In this document: positions 1 to 12,955 of the stretch, one piece after another
How positions within the stretch are numbered: position 1 is the stretch's first letter
Layout: each line of letters starts with the position of its first letter
NCBI RefSeq assembly: GCF_009914755.1
Contig: NC_060933.1
Source of the DNA: the human T2T-CHM13v2.0 reference genome, Homo sapiens
DNA length: 64,000 nt
Strand: one strand, 5' to 3'
Translations under genes and position numbers: made by a program
The notes under the pieces: generated by a model
What the model was told of the DNA's origin: nothing
The model's database searches: none
The model's input: the letters and a program-made list of their open reading frames with translations, nothing else

Positions 1-2744
1 TGTAAAATGGGGCTAATAGTATCAACCTTGTGGGGCTACTGTGAGAGTAAAAAGTAGTTATATGCATGTTACCTCATATTTATCCCACCTTTTAATACAT
101 GAGAAAAAAGAGTTTCAGAGAGATTAAGTCACTTGCCAAAGATCACACAGCTGGTGAGTGTATTGCCTTCTTGGACGGGAGGGAGAAGGGAGTTGGGGGC
201 TGCTTCTGAAATGAAAGTAATTTACTCTAAAATGAATGTAATTTGGACACCAAATGCAGTGGAGAGCATCAGCCTCTAATAGAGAAAACATGATTTAGTG
301 GTTGGTTTTTAAACTAAACAAATTTACTGTGGTCTCTAAATGAGTCTCATGACAAGACCAAAACATTTCTTTTGCCCCAGATTACCAATATCATATGTTA
401 AGGAGAGAAAACCAGATGGCTCTTAAGCTGGTGTCGGTAGAAATATATATAGGTGGGCTGTTTTTTATAGCTGTTGGCATATAAAATAAGTCATTATTTT
501 AAATAGAAAAATATTGATGATGTCATCGAGGCCATTGAAAGACACATCAACCTGATCTGATGAACTGGAAAATCAATAGATACTTTCCAAACAAGATGAC
601 ATGCCTTTTTAATTGGTTGTGTGAGTGTGATATACTGTGTACTGCAAAGGTTCAAAGTTAATTCTCATTGGTTTGGGGTTTGGGTTGTTGTTTCTGTATG
701 CAGGCGCTTTCACATCCACTTAATGTATTATTAATAGCAGTAATAGTACCTGCTATGTATGCTTTCATTCCAAGAAGGAATACATTTATTGGTTATGTTT
801 GCTGCCTTATAATAAGAAGACTGGCATTTCTACCTACTTCTCAGGTGGCCAAAGGATAGTTGCCATGGGTTTGGTCTACATTTAACACAGGGGACCTCAG
901 CCGAAGAATATCTCATTTCCCATGGGATATTAATTCAGAGGCAGGTGACTTTCTAGACAAATCCAATAAATTCTGGTTCTGGGATCTCTGAGCTATTGCC
1001 CTGGCTTCAAACAAAGCCCAAATGAACTGTGGAAACACAGCCTTGATGTTGAAACACCTTGTCGAAGAGGTCTCGAAGCCAGACTAAGTGAGGTTGAGAG
1101 GAAGGGAGGTGGTGTCTTGCTGCCGCACTGTGTGACTTCCGTTAGAAAACTGTGCAATATTTTTCTGACATGCATCTTCCTAAGAAGCAGGCCTGGGTAA
1201 ACATTAAAGGGTTTTTTTCCCAAAAGGACTTGACATGACTTTGTGTGCCTTTCCTTGACTTCACATCGTTTGGGGTAAATTTCCTATTGGAAAGCAATTT
1301 AAAGTCTTGAGAGGCCCAGGTGGGGAAAAGGCGTGAGTCCGAAAACTACCTGGGAGAGCAGAGCTGGAGGGAACCTGAGATCCTGCATTTAGTTAGTACC
1401 CCTTTTTGTAGATGAGGAGGGGTTCCAGCTTACACTACATCCTGATAAACGAGCTGAATATCAAGTTAAAGTTTTTTTAAATATCGACTTAGCTTGGCGT
1501 TGTTCAGGTAACACTAGAAAAGAAGAGAAATAATTTGACCTTCTGTGAAACTCCTGAAATACCCACATTTTGGAGAAAATGATACATGAAAGGAAAAGAG
1601 GAAAAGTCGGAGAAAGGGTCAGAAAAAAGGAAGAAGGAAAAGATGCGGAATGAGAGAGGAGAGGGTGACAAAGAAAATAGAGAAACTCCCATACCATACT
1701 CTCGAGTCCTCACATCATCTGCCTCCCAAATATTGCAGCGCTTTGTCCTGGCCACTGGGAAGTGGTCCCTTGAACCAAGAACTGTGTGAAAGCCATCAGC
1801 CCACAGGCAAAAAAAATAGCTGGTGTTTTAGACCCCCTCCACATATGCTTGGCATCTCTGGGTGATACCTAGTTATTTTCTCTCAGGAGGCAAAAATGCT
1901 AGGCACCCAGTTGTTATGAAGGGAGAGGGAGTGGAAGTGGGATTGTAAGGAGGTGGGGAGCGCAGTAGATGGAGCGTGGAAATGGGCAGAGGGCAAAGAC
2001 CATGGCCACGTGGGTGGGCTGGGAGGTAGCTTGGACACTCTCATGCTCTCAAGCAAGTTCCTCGGCGTCTGCAGAGGGTCCCTTCCCATCGAGTACTCAT
2101 GTTAGAGGAGAAAGCAGCTGTCTTGCTCCAGAAAAACCCTATATTTACAATGGCTGGCACCGACTGAGATTTATAAACCTGCCCCTTAGGAGGGAAGCCC
2201 CGAGAACACAGACCAACCTTGAACTGGCGTTGTCTCTTCACACCTTATCAGCTCTTCATCAATCACAATGACATTTTTTATGGTTGTCTTCCCAGGCCAG
2301 GGTCAGAGATAGGGCAGCTGGGCTTCTCTTGTTTTCCTTCCTTCCGAGAATGTCAGGTGACCTTGCTTTGCTCTTTCCCACCAGGCCGCCTGAAGGGTTT
2401 TTTCTGCTCATTCTGAGCTGGGCTGCTGCTGATCAATGCCCAGTCCTGGCTGGGAGGGTGGCAACCCTCACGGGGGCTCATTGTGGCTGAGTCTCATTTG
2501 AGTTCAGCTGACTGCTGTTTCCATCAGACATGCTTTCTCCGCTGAGGGCACCATCAGTGCCACTCTGGGTGGCCCCATGCCAGAGTCTGCCAGGATGAAG
2601 CAGACCTCATGGTCCAGAAAGTGACTTAAATGCACAGGTTCGTCACCTGACATCATACTTTCTCTATGGAATTATGAACTTGAATTTTCCTGGGACTGAA
2701 TATCCTCATCATGGATAACAATGACAATAACGAGAATAATAATA

Positions 2745-2980
2745 ATAAGTGCTAATATGTATTGTGTTCTTATTATGGAAGAGATGATCACCACCGAAGC
2801 ACTTTTTCCTGAATTAATTCATCTAAATCTCTCAAGAACCCTGTCATGCAGGTGCTATTATCATCCCCATTTCACAGTTGAAGAAACTGAGGCCCAGGTT
2901 GTTTCAATGACTCACCTAAAGCTACTCAGCGGGTCAGCAGTAAGTACTGCTGGATTTTGGATCCAGGCAGTGTGACTTTT
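2745..2980 (-). mobile_element. MIR SINE relic
   Basis: MIR core-like sequence 'tattatcatccccatttcacagttgaagaaactgaggcccagg'; boundaries approximate. Confidence 0.75.
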
Positions 2981-3019
2981 CTTTAGAGTCTTAAAACAGT
3001 TTGCAAAGATTTTCACAAA

Positions 3020-3175
3020 AGCTATTTCACCAACTTCTCCACTTAGCTCTGGAAAGAAAGCAGGATAAGAATTACGATTCCCGTTTTACAAACAAGAAAA
3101 CTGAACTGCGAACTTAAGTGATATCCAAGCGTAGCTGGCCAGGGCAGAGTGGAGTCTGGAACCCCAGTTTCTTCT
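3020..3175 (-). mobile_element. MIR SINE relic
   Basis: 'attcccgttttacaaacaagaaaactgaa...ctggaaccccagtttc' resembles the MIR core. Confidence 0.6.
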
Positions 3176-4638
3176 TTGGTAATTCCCAGATCTCTTAGGG
3201 CTGAGCCTCTGCAACATGAAATGCTCAGCCTGGTGATTTCTAAGCTTCCTTCAAGCCATCTCCTCTGATCATAAATGCTGACTTCATTTTTCTTTAACAG
3301 TCTTTGGAATGTAGGAAGGAATATCTTCTCGTGGAGGCTGTTGTTTTATTTAGAAAAACCTTGCTAATACTTCCTTAACAAAAACAACAAAAACATTTGG
3401 TTGGATATTTTGTTCTTCAACAGAACTCTTTAACAGAAGCCTAATATTTACTCAGGATTGCCCTATCTAAAGAATATTAATTAGGAAATGATTAAAGGAT
3501 ATTGAATCTCATTCATAGCCTCAAATATTTATGAAAAATGCATGTTTATGGAAACGTTTATTTTGTCATCTTTAAATCTACTCTGTTAGTTTGCATACTA
3601 TGTTTAATTTTGTCAGGTTTCTCCAAAATCCAGTTGCTAATAGGACCTAAATCTATTAAATATTGACTCCAGCTTTGCCATGCAGAAACATTATTCTGTT
3701 AATAATGCAGTTCTATTAAACATCATTGACACTGAAAGTGGAATAACGTCTCAGTTTGAGTGGCTGTGTTTACTGTCAGGCAAGATACTAGAGAGGGGTT
3801 TTCTGACTTGGTGTTAGCCAGTTTCTTCTGCCATGGGGATGCTCGTGAAAGAAAAAATTGACTGAATTAAAACTGGCCTGTGGGCTTTATTTTTTATTTC
3901 CTGTAGCTAAAATTGTATAAATTGAACTGCACTAAATAAAACACAATAATTTGTTCTCGAAATTAACAAACACACGTTCCACCCATAAAACTGTTGCTCT
4001 GTGATGTGAGACTGGATTTCATTTCAGTGGTCTTGATTTATTGTTTGGTTTGTTTTATTTTGAGGTGGTGGGGCTGAGACCTCTGCAGGACAAATCTATT
4101 AAAATGGTTGACCAGAGCAGATTTGTGAAGGTTTATTAATCTTTAAAAAGTCTGAGTCAGTGAATTGAAAGTTTTTAAATGTTAGAAAGGATTTTTAAAG
4201 GCCTTCAAGATGAATATATGTAGCTTAAACCAAAAGATTTGTGTGAGCTCAGAGAGCTCTTCCTCTACGTATTTCACTCTTCTCTTGAAGGTCATTGTCT
4301 ATGGACTTGCATTTTGTGCTTAAGGGACAGATTTTGTGTCATGCGAGTTGAGAACATGGTGAACTAGGATACCTTAGCTGGCCTGGCAAGAGTCTAGATG
4401 TTGCTCAAGTAACTGCCCCTACAGCTTGCCACCAGCCCCCCTGCTCACCACATCCCGTGTGCATCCTCTGAAATGAGTGGGCATAGATGGGAAAGGTGAG
4501 AGGCATGTTAGTTGAAATTGGGAGCCAGGGGGTGATTTGGAGAGAGGAGATGGGTTTCCATCGACTCCCTTGGGCTAGTTTTAAGTTTCTCTGGGAAAGC
4601 AGATTAAAGGCAAAAGCCATCAGAGCAGCTCAAAAGAG

Positions 4639-4806
4639 GCTTAGTGAATATCGAGGTGTAGATATCTTTATGAAGTGGCGATTTCATTTCTTTTGGGTAT
4701 ATTCCTTTGTGTTGCTAAATCATATGGTAGCCTTATTCACAATAGCCAAGATATGGAAGAAACCAAAGTGTCCATCAATGGATGAATTAATAAAGAAATT
4801 GAGATA

Positions 4807-4858
<52 letters not shown>

Positions 4859-4932
4859 AAATTTAAGGCTAAATTATATACTATATATAGAGATATATAA
4901 TCTCCTTATATATATACACATCATATATACAT

Positions 4933-4966
<34 letters not shown>

Positions 4967-5445
4967 TATATATATGTATATATATCCATAAAGAAGAAGA
5001 TCCTGCCATTTGGAACAACACAACATAAATGAACCTAGACCACATTATGCTCAATGAAATAAGTCAATCACAGAAAGAAAAATACTGCATGACCTCACTT
5101 ATATGTGGAATCTCAAAACAACAGCAACTTAGAGAGTAGAAAGGTGGTTATCAGGAGTAAGAGAAATGGGGAGATGGAGGTCAGACAGTACCAAGTTGCA
5201 GTTATATAGGATAAATGAATCTAAAGATCTAACATACAGCATGAGGACTATAGTTAGTAATATTGTATTGTAAACTGGAAATTTGCTGGAAGTAGATTTT
5301 AGATAGTCTTACCACACACAAAAAAATTAACTATGTGAGATGATGGATATGTTAATTTGCTTGACTAGTAATCATTTCATGATGTTTATGTATTTCAAAG
5401 CATCACATTATATATCTTAAACATGCACAGTAAATAAATAACAAT
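4639..5445 (+). mobile_element. Old L1 (L1MA-like) 3' end with an inverted 5' segment (4639-4730)
   Basis: Sense L1 3' sequence from 4731 ('ttattcacaatagccaagatatggaagaaaccaaagtgtccatc') through the 3'UTR. 4639-4730 is the reverse complement of the immediately upstream consensus segment. Confidence 0.8.
4806..4985. repeat. Compound (TG)n/(TA)n/(CA)n microsatellite inside the L1
   Basis: Directly visible dinucleotide runs. Confidence 0.95.
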
Positions 5446-5479
5446 GTGCTAAGGAAAAATAGACTTGAGAAGTTGCTGG

Positions 5480-5990
5480 ATGCAAGCATAAGTGCTTTGA
5501 GGCTCAGAATTCTTAGTTCTAGTGGCACCTAGCCTAAGGAAAAGAAAAAAATAACTTACTGGTTCATGTGACTGACAGGAATTACCTGGTTTATGTGACT
5601 GACAGGAATTACCTGGTTTTAGTTCTCAGGTTGTCCCAGGGGCCCAAACGATGTCACCCTTACCCTTCTCTTGGCTCTGTTCCCTACTAGTTGGCTTCAT
5701 AACCAGACTCCACGCAGTGGCAAGATGGCTGCCAGCAGTTCAAGTCCAGTAGAAAGAATTCTAGCCTCTCTCCCAGCCTACCTAGCAAAAATGCCTTTGC
5801 ATCTTGTTGCCTCTGATGGGGCCACCTGACCCTCTTGAATCAATTGCAAGGTCCAGGGGAATGAACGGTCTGATTGGTCAGGCGTGAGTCATAGGCCCAA
5901 CCATGGAGAGAGGCCCACTTCTGGCATTGGCAGAAGAGGATGGATGGTTACCCAGAGGAAAAGAAGGTGTTTGAAAAACAGGAGGCAGAA
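5480..5990 (-). mobile_element. MLT1 (ERVL-MaLR, MLT1J/K-like) solo LTR
   Basis: 'gtggcaagatggctgccagcagttc', 'ctgattggtcaggcgtgagtcat' and 'tggttacccagaggaaaa' are typical of old MLT1 LTRs; boundaries approximate. Confidence 0.6.
5559..5619. repeat. 27-bp tandem duplication (2.3 copies)
   Basis: ctggttcatgtgactgacaggaattac / ctggtttatgtgactgacaggaattac / ctggttt. Confidence 0.95.
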
Positions 5991-6519
5991 ACTATAGAAA
6001 GCTGGGTGCTCTCTGCAGGGTAACAGAGAGACAGCAGGAGAGAACTAACAGGGCCAACTCCACGGGTGGCTGCTGCTGTCACAGTTTGGGACGTGAAAGG
6101 CATCCCTTTGGGAACTCCCAGAAATAGCTGAGAAACACTCTGAGGGGGCTCAGTTTCTAGCAGTTAAATGGATTTGGACCATTACGATTTGGATATAAAA
6201 ACAATGTGTTGATTTTCCTTCCTAAGCAAGGCCTAGGGCATTTGATTCTACTTGGAAATCTAGTAAGACAGATGTCACTTAACGAAGTTGTATGAACATA
6301 TGTCATAAAATCCCTACAATACTCTGTTTAAACCCTTCTTATGGCTTGTTTTTGCAGTTTTTAAATGTCTCATTCTGGTAAAAATACAAATTCATTTATA
6401 GACTGATTCTGAGGAACTGGAGACAAAGAAGTCTTTATCTAAGGCAGTTATTAAGTTGAAATTTTCTGAGGCAACCTCAGCGGCTAAGAGATGTGATTGC
6501 ATTTGTCTCTTAAAATGCA

Positions 6520-9290
6520 TTCAGTCTCTTCAGTATCTGTGACTGTGCCATTGATTCTTTATTCCTCATCTTGTAGGTTGTAGTTTTCTCTCTCTATTTC
6601 TCAGGCTTGCCAGGGATTAGTTAATTTTGTCTTTTCAAAGAACCCACTTTGGTTTTACTAGTCACTTATACTTTGCTATTTATATTTCTAAAATTAACCA
6701 CAGCAATTTCTAAAATTGCTATTTTATTTTTTTATAATTTCTCTTCCAACTTTGTTGTAGTAGATTTTTTGCTGTCATTTTTCTATTTCCTTAAGTTACA
6801 TGTTTAGTTTGCTTGTTTCCTTAAATACTAAAACTATACATTTTATTTTGAATACAGCATTAGCCACTACTCATAAATTTGTATCATGTCATTTTTCTGC
6901 TGATTTTCTATGTAATTTATTATTTGATTTGATTTCTTCTTTGATTCAGGAATTGTTTAAAATTTCCATTTTAATTACCAGATGAGTAAGTTTTGTTTGG
7001 TTACCTTTTTGTTGTGGTTATGGCTGGTTTCTAGCTTTATTTCATTATACTGAGAGAATATGACCCATATGAACTCAACATTTTACGTTTTTACAGTTTT
7101 CTTTTTGGTCAAGCACGCTATCAATTTTTTATATATGTGTATATAACATAAAAGGAAAAGTGAATCTTTGTAACATACATTATGTATGTGCGTATATGTG
7201 TGTTTATATATATACTCACACATATGAAATATTAGAATTTATTATTTTACTCCTTTATATCTTTTTTTGCCAAAATTGATGTGCTGGAATCTCAGAGAAC
7301 TAAAGTTCCCACTATGATTATGGTTTTACCAAATTGTTTGTATACAGTTAAAATGTTTTTTACATATAACTTATTGCTTCTATATTTTGCTCATTTCAAC
7401 AACTCAAAACATTCCTTGTTACCTAATTTCATGTTTTGGTCTCAAGTACTACTTAATCTGACATTAATATTGGTATTCTTCCTTTCATTTGGTTTGTGTT
7501 TGGATGATATAATTATAGCTATCATTTATTTTTAAACATTTTCATTTCGTTTCAGGTATCTATAATCTTCTAAACAGTGCCCAATTAAATTTTGTTTTTT
7601 GTTGGTTGGTTTGTTTTTCTAACCTAATCTGTGAGTCTTTGTCTATTAATGAGAAAAATAAAGCCATTCACATTAACTGTGATATCTGATATCTTTGTTC
7701 TGATGCCTTCCATTTTATATTTTCTTTAATTCTTATTTTTTCTTCTTCTTCTTCCCTGATTTGAATATTTTTAAATCCTTTTTTCTTCCTTCAGTATGAA
7801 ATTCTGCTATGTTTCTAATTTTGTTGATAAAGTTATATCTTTAAAAGTCATTTTTAAACATATGTCTCTGCCAAAATTAAGTAATAACTTCACACCTGCA
7901 CCCCTCTCCTAAAAAGCACAGGAACTTCAGCAGGGTTTTTGCCTTCTCACTCTTAATTTCTACACACACCTCCACCCCCACTCCCACTTTTGAGTATTGT
8001 TTAATTAATATGGGATTTTAATTCTGACAAGCTATTAAACTTTTATTATAATACATCTCTTTTCAAACATTCTTTTTTATCATTCACATTATCATTTATA
8101 TTTGCATTATTATGAGGCTATGCACGGCATTACCGTATACAGGATAAATGCAGGTTCTGGAATCAGTTTATCTGACTTTAGATCCTGGTTCAATGAGCTT
8201 GGACAAGTTACCAAAGGAAAAGTAATAGCAAAATGTGATATTTGCCTCTAATGTGGGGAAAGTAATAGTAAATAATAGATATAATGTACTTAGAAAAATG
8301 CTTGACAGATGGTAGGTAGTCAAAATCTGTAAGGTAGTATCATCATCATCCAATTTAGATTAAATTGTAAACTTCATTGCATTGTTGCATTTGGTCTCCT
8401 CTAATTCTTATACTCCATTATCTGCTACCTTGAGATTTGCATTCTGATTTTAATTTTATGTGACTTTCACATTTTATTAAGTAATTCCTTTATAAAAAGT
8501 ACAAGAGTCTTTGCTTGTGTGGAAATGTCTTTCTTTGACCATCCCAATATCTTGGTCAGGTAGATAATTCTGAAATTATAATCCTTTTCTTACAGATAAG
8601 AAAACCAATGCCTGTCTCATTCTGTTCTCTGTTAAGTAAATCATTCTCTCTCTATTATCTGATTTCAGAAACTTTATCATCCAGATATAGCCAGCTTTGT
8701 TTGTTTTGCCTTATTAAATCTGCCTGGCAAGCATTTTTGATCTGAAAATGCAAGTCATTTTTCATGTAAGAGGAATTGTCTTCTAAAATGCATTTGATTA
8801 TTCTCTTCAAACTATTCCCTCCTCTCCTTCTGGGCTACTATTTTCACATTATAGATGTCCTGGATCCATCTTCCACATCTCTTATCTTTTTATTCATTAT
8901 TACCATTTCTTTATATTGTTCTCTGTCCTGTGAGATAATTTGTCCATTGACTCTTCCAAGTCACTAGTTGAGTATTCATCATGGTCCAGTTTATTGTTCA
9001 ATTTTCCTGTTCTAGTTTACTGTTTAGAAATTATATTTTTATTCCAGAAACATTTGTGTTCTTGGGTTGTTCCATTGCAACCTCATCTTTTATCATTTTA
9101 AGAGTTTTCATTTTAGTTTTATATTTTGTTTTGTTTTATATCCTCTTTCTATCATTAAATCAGCCTCCATAGCAGCCATGTATCCTGGTTTTAGCTTGAT
9201 CTGCTTTTCTGGAGTCTACTGATTTTACTTGCAATCTTTCTATTAGTGTATGTGAGTTGTTTTGGGACCTGTGTAGGTAAGGCTACCAGT
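6520..9290 (-). mobile_element. Ancient, highly diverged L1M body, interrupted by a MIR at ~8130-8340
   Basis: T-rich antisense L1-like sequence, e.g. 'ttgtcttttcaaagaacccactttggtttta' and 'acagcattagccactactcataaattt'; boundaries approximate. Confidence 0.6.
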
Positions 9291-9424
9291 GTCTACTGGG
9301 CATGTATACATAGTGGAAGATGGACAAGTGAACAAAGGAAAAAGAGGACTATGTTTTCCACCAGTTAGTTACCAACAGATTAGCAAGTTGAGTCCTGTTT
9401 TCTGGGGCATGAGGAGCCCTCTAA

Positions 9425-9722
<298 letters not shown>

Positions 9723-10420
9723 CCAAGATCTTATTTTTCTCCATGACTGACGGGGAAGTGCTGTCTTCAAGTCTGTGGAAGGGAAGCTGTTCATTCCAAG
9801 ATTGTTGCCCTTGAAGGCAGCCAGAACCAATGAGATGAACAGATGTTTCCCAGGGCTGCACCCAGCAAACAGATGGGGCAGTTTCTGTGCCTGTGCTGCA
9901 GAATCCGCAGGCTCAGCTGGGGATCCCCCTTAGGCAGCCAGGCAAGAAGTGATCTCACCTGCTGAGCCCTTCAAAGCCAGACCACATCCTTCAGCTCTCC
10001 TCCCCACCAACCCTTAGTGTCAAAAACATGGCTCAGAAAAGCTACCCTTCATTGGCCCCTCATAGGCACTTCTTCTTAAGAACCCAAAGTCTCAACGTAT
10101 GTAGATGCCCTCGAGGCTCCAACAATAGACCTCGCTCAATCTGCAGGTTTTCTTCTCTAATCGTATTTGAATTGTAAGGTTTCCTATGGCACCATTTAGT
10201 GCTAGACAATTCTGTTGGGAAGTCAAATATTTTTCTTTCTTCTTTAAAGAAAAAGTAGACTATTGTTCCTTTCATATTTGGAAAGAGAGAGAGAGAAAGA
10301 AACTGTATAGATTTCATGTGACAGTTAAACAATTTTTTTTCTTCTTTGGTGCCTGAAAACAGAGGACTCAGAGGAAGCAGGAATGGTGAAATTTCCTAAC
10401 TCTGTGTTTTGCAAACTGAA

Positions 10421-11241
10421 TGTGGCAGACATTGTTAGGTAGTCCCCTCTTATCTGCTGTGATGCTTTCCATGGTTTCAGTTACCCACGGTCAACTGCCT
10501 TCAAAAATAGATGAGTACAACACAGTAAGATATTTTGAGAAAGAGAGAGAGAGAGACTGCATTCACATAACTTTTATTACAGTATATTGTTATAATTATT
10601 TTATTAGTTGCTGTTAATCTTTTACTTTATCAATTTATGAATTAAACTTTATCATAGGAATGCATGTATAGGAAAAAACATAGTATATATAGCATTCTGT
10701 ACTACCCGTGATTTCAGGCAACCACTGAGAGTCTTGGAACTTGTCAGCTATGGAAAAAGGGAGACTCTTATATTTGTCTATTCAATAGACATTTCCTGCC
10801 TTCTTATTCCCAGTTAGCCAGTTAAATGAATCAGGATTAGTCTAAACCAGTCATGGGAACTCCATTCCCCTTTGCCAGAACTTACATTCCAGCCTCCCTG
10901 GTAGCTGGAGAGAATCATAGCAAGTGTCACCCAAAGAGATTTATGTATGTATATTTTGGAGGGCCTGTCCCTTACCTTTCGTTCTTCTTGGAATGACAGT
11001 GTGAAAAGGAATGCCTGGAGCTATGGTAACCATTTTGTGATCATGAAAAAACAAAACAAGACAATCATGGAGAGCCAACACGTTGAAGATGGTGTATTAA
11101 CTTAGGCTTGAAAGAGTCAGGTCACTGGTGACAGAGTTGAAGCACTTAAACATGTTAAGTCAGAATGTAGGTACTAATGGCTTAACCCACTATGGTTAGG
11201 TATTGTATTACCTGCAGCTGAAACCCTTTCTAATTGACACA
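10421..11241 (+). mobile_element. MLT1 (K/L-like) solo LTR interrupted by MER44A
   Basis: Starts 'tgtggcagacattgtt' and ends 'ttacctgcagctgaaaccctttctaattgacaca'; internal 'gaatgcctggagctatggtaaccattttgtgatcatga'. Confidence 0.7.
10438..10769 (+). mobile_element. MER44A (Tigger7-derived, TcMar) non-autonomous DNA transposon
   Basis: Matches recalled MER44A consensus along its length ('gtagtcccctcttatc...gtttcagttacccacggtcaac...cacataacttttattacagtatattg...gtcttggaac'); degenerate terminal inverted repeats. Confidence 0.85.
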
Positions 11242-11535
11242 CTGATGTTTGGGTTGGTGTACTGCAGTTAGGCAAAGGTCATAGATGAACATTATTTTGT
11301 TTTTAAAACAAATACCAATATATTATAAAAAGAATTCAAAACCCACATGAATTTTTAAAATAAAACAGGAAGCATCAAAGTGAATTTCTATTTTCCAGGA
11401 AGTTCTTTGGCTCATGCCTATGGATGGTCACTCTCCTCTGCCCTTAGGAATTTGGAGGGCAAGAGTTTCAGAAAGACACTAGAAAGGCAGACCAATGTTT
11501 TTTGTTTAATAAAGATCAATAGTCAAGCAGATTAT

Positions 11536-11588
11536 TGCTGCTACTACTGCTGCTGCTGTTGCTGCTGCTGTTGCTGCTGCTGTTGCTG
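11536..11588. repeat. Interrupted (CTG)n trinucleotide repeat
   Basis: tgctgctactactgctgctgctgttgctgctgctgttgctgctgctgttgctg. Confidence 0.95.
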
Positions 11589-11854
11589 TGATATCATTAT
11601 TTTTCCACCAGTAACTGAAGAAGAACACGTTGCTGATGACTGTGAGACATTTATGCCAAATATCCCAGCCTGGGAAATATCTGATTTTACCATAAAGATT
11701 CAGGGAGAATTACAAATATATTTTTCAAATGAACTAAGGTTAAATGAGGCTGTGATTAATAACAGGGGTTTGTGTTATTTATTATATTTTGAGTTGCCTC
11801 TGAGGTGAGCTGCTCTTTAAGTACTTTTTCTTTCCAAAAGAGAAAATGGGCAAA

Positions 11855-12080
11855 ATAATAATGAATGCTGCCTATTATTAGGTACATATCATGTGCCGGT
11901 CACTGTACTGAGTACTTCATAGGCATTATCTCACGAAGTCCTTCCAAGAATTCTAGAACAAGCTGTCATAGTCATTGTTTTACAAATAGGCAACTCAGGG
12001 CTTAGAAGCATTATATAGTTAGTGGGAGAAATTTGTATCTGCCAAGCCCATATTCTTAATGTAACACTATGCTATCTTCC
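11855..12080 (-). mobile_element. MIR relic
   Basis: 'atgtgccggtcactgtactgagtacttcataggcattatctca...ttttacaaataggcaactcagggcttaga'. Confidence 0.65.
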
Positions 12081-12955
12081 ATAAAGTAGTTGAATGCCAC
12101 TTCAAGGCCGTGAAACTTACAGTTTAACATAGTAGATCTTTTAACCAAGGTATCTATTTAATAGTGACATATTTTGAACTTCAGATTTAGTTTTTTATTA
12201 CTTTCCACATCTTTGAAATTGAATTGGCAGAATTAAACCAACTGATTATCAACAGAACATGGCATGATTTGTTTCTTAATTATCAACCGGGGCAGTGTTT
12301 ATCAATAGTCACATGTATACTTTCATTGTATTAAGTTTTTGAAAAATCAAATTCAGCACATTACTGATAGTCCTTGAGCCATTGGCTAAGTCAGAAAAAA
12401 AAATCAAGGGGATAGTGAGGCACATCACAGATAATTCGGACATAGAACAGTGGTTTTCTTCATAAGACAGTGCTCAATAGTCTCTCACTATTTTTCTATG
12501 TTGACAAAAAATAATTCCAGTCTTCATACTGTCATGGTACAAATAGAAGTGTGACTTACATCTCACAATTTGCATAGCTGATTTCCTGTCCTTTTAACCA
12601 TTCCATCATCTGTACGACAGTTACAAAATTGTTTTTCTTTGGGACATCATTGGTATATGCTTATGCTTCAAGGAGTTTCCACATTAAGCCATGGGTTTAT
12701 TATATGACACACAGGGAATCTGATCCCAAGTAGTATAATAACCAGACTCTGCAAATCAATAAATCAGGCTTCACTGATACTCAGAGCTGCAACTCCAGCC
12801 TCAGGAAGCACTTGGCTTTACTCTGGGTACCAAGGTACTCAGATGACCAGTTGTGAATAATAAAGACTCAGCCTTCCTGAGGCCTGGGGTTAACCAGTTC
12901 GGAATCCTATTCTCCTGATATAGAATAGCCCTAATACATACTTAGTGTGAACACT

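Noticed and set aside
5559-5619. Direct repeats (here and at 37136-37275) as a CRISPR-like array
   Set aside because: Eukaryotic DNA, adjacent copies with no unique spacers and no cas genes; these are simple tandem duplications.
11380-11808. 142-aa ORF with a poly-cysteine run
   Set aside because: The poly-Cys is simply the translated (TGC/TGT)n microsatellite.
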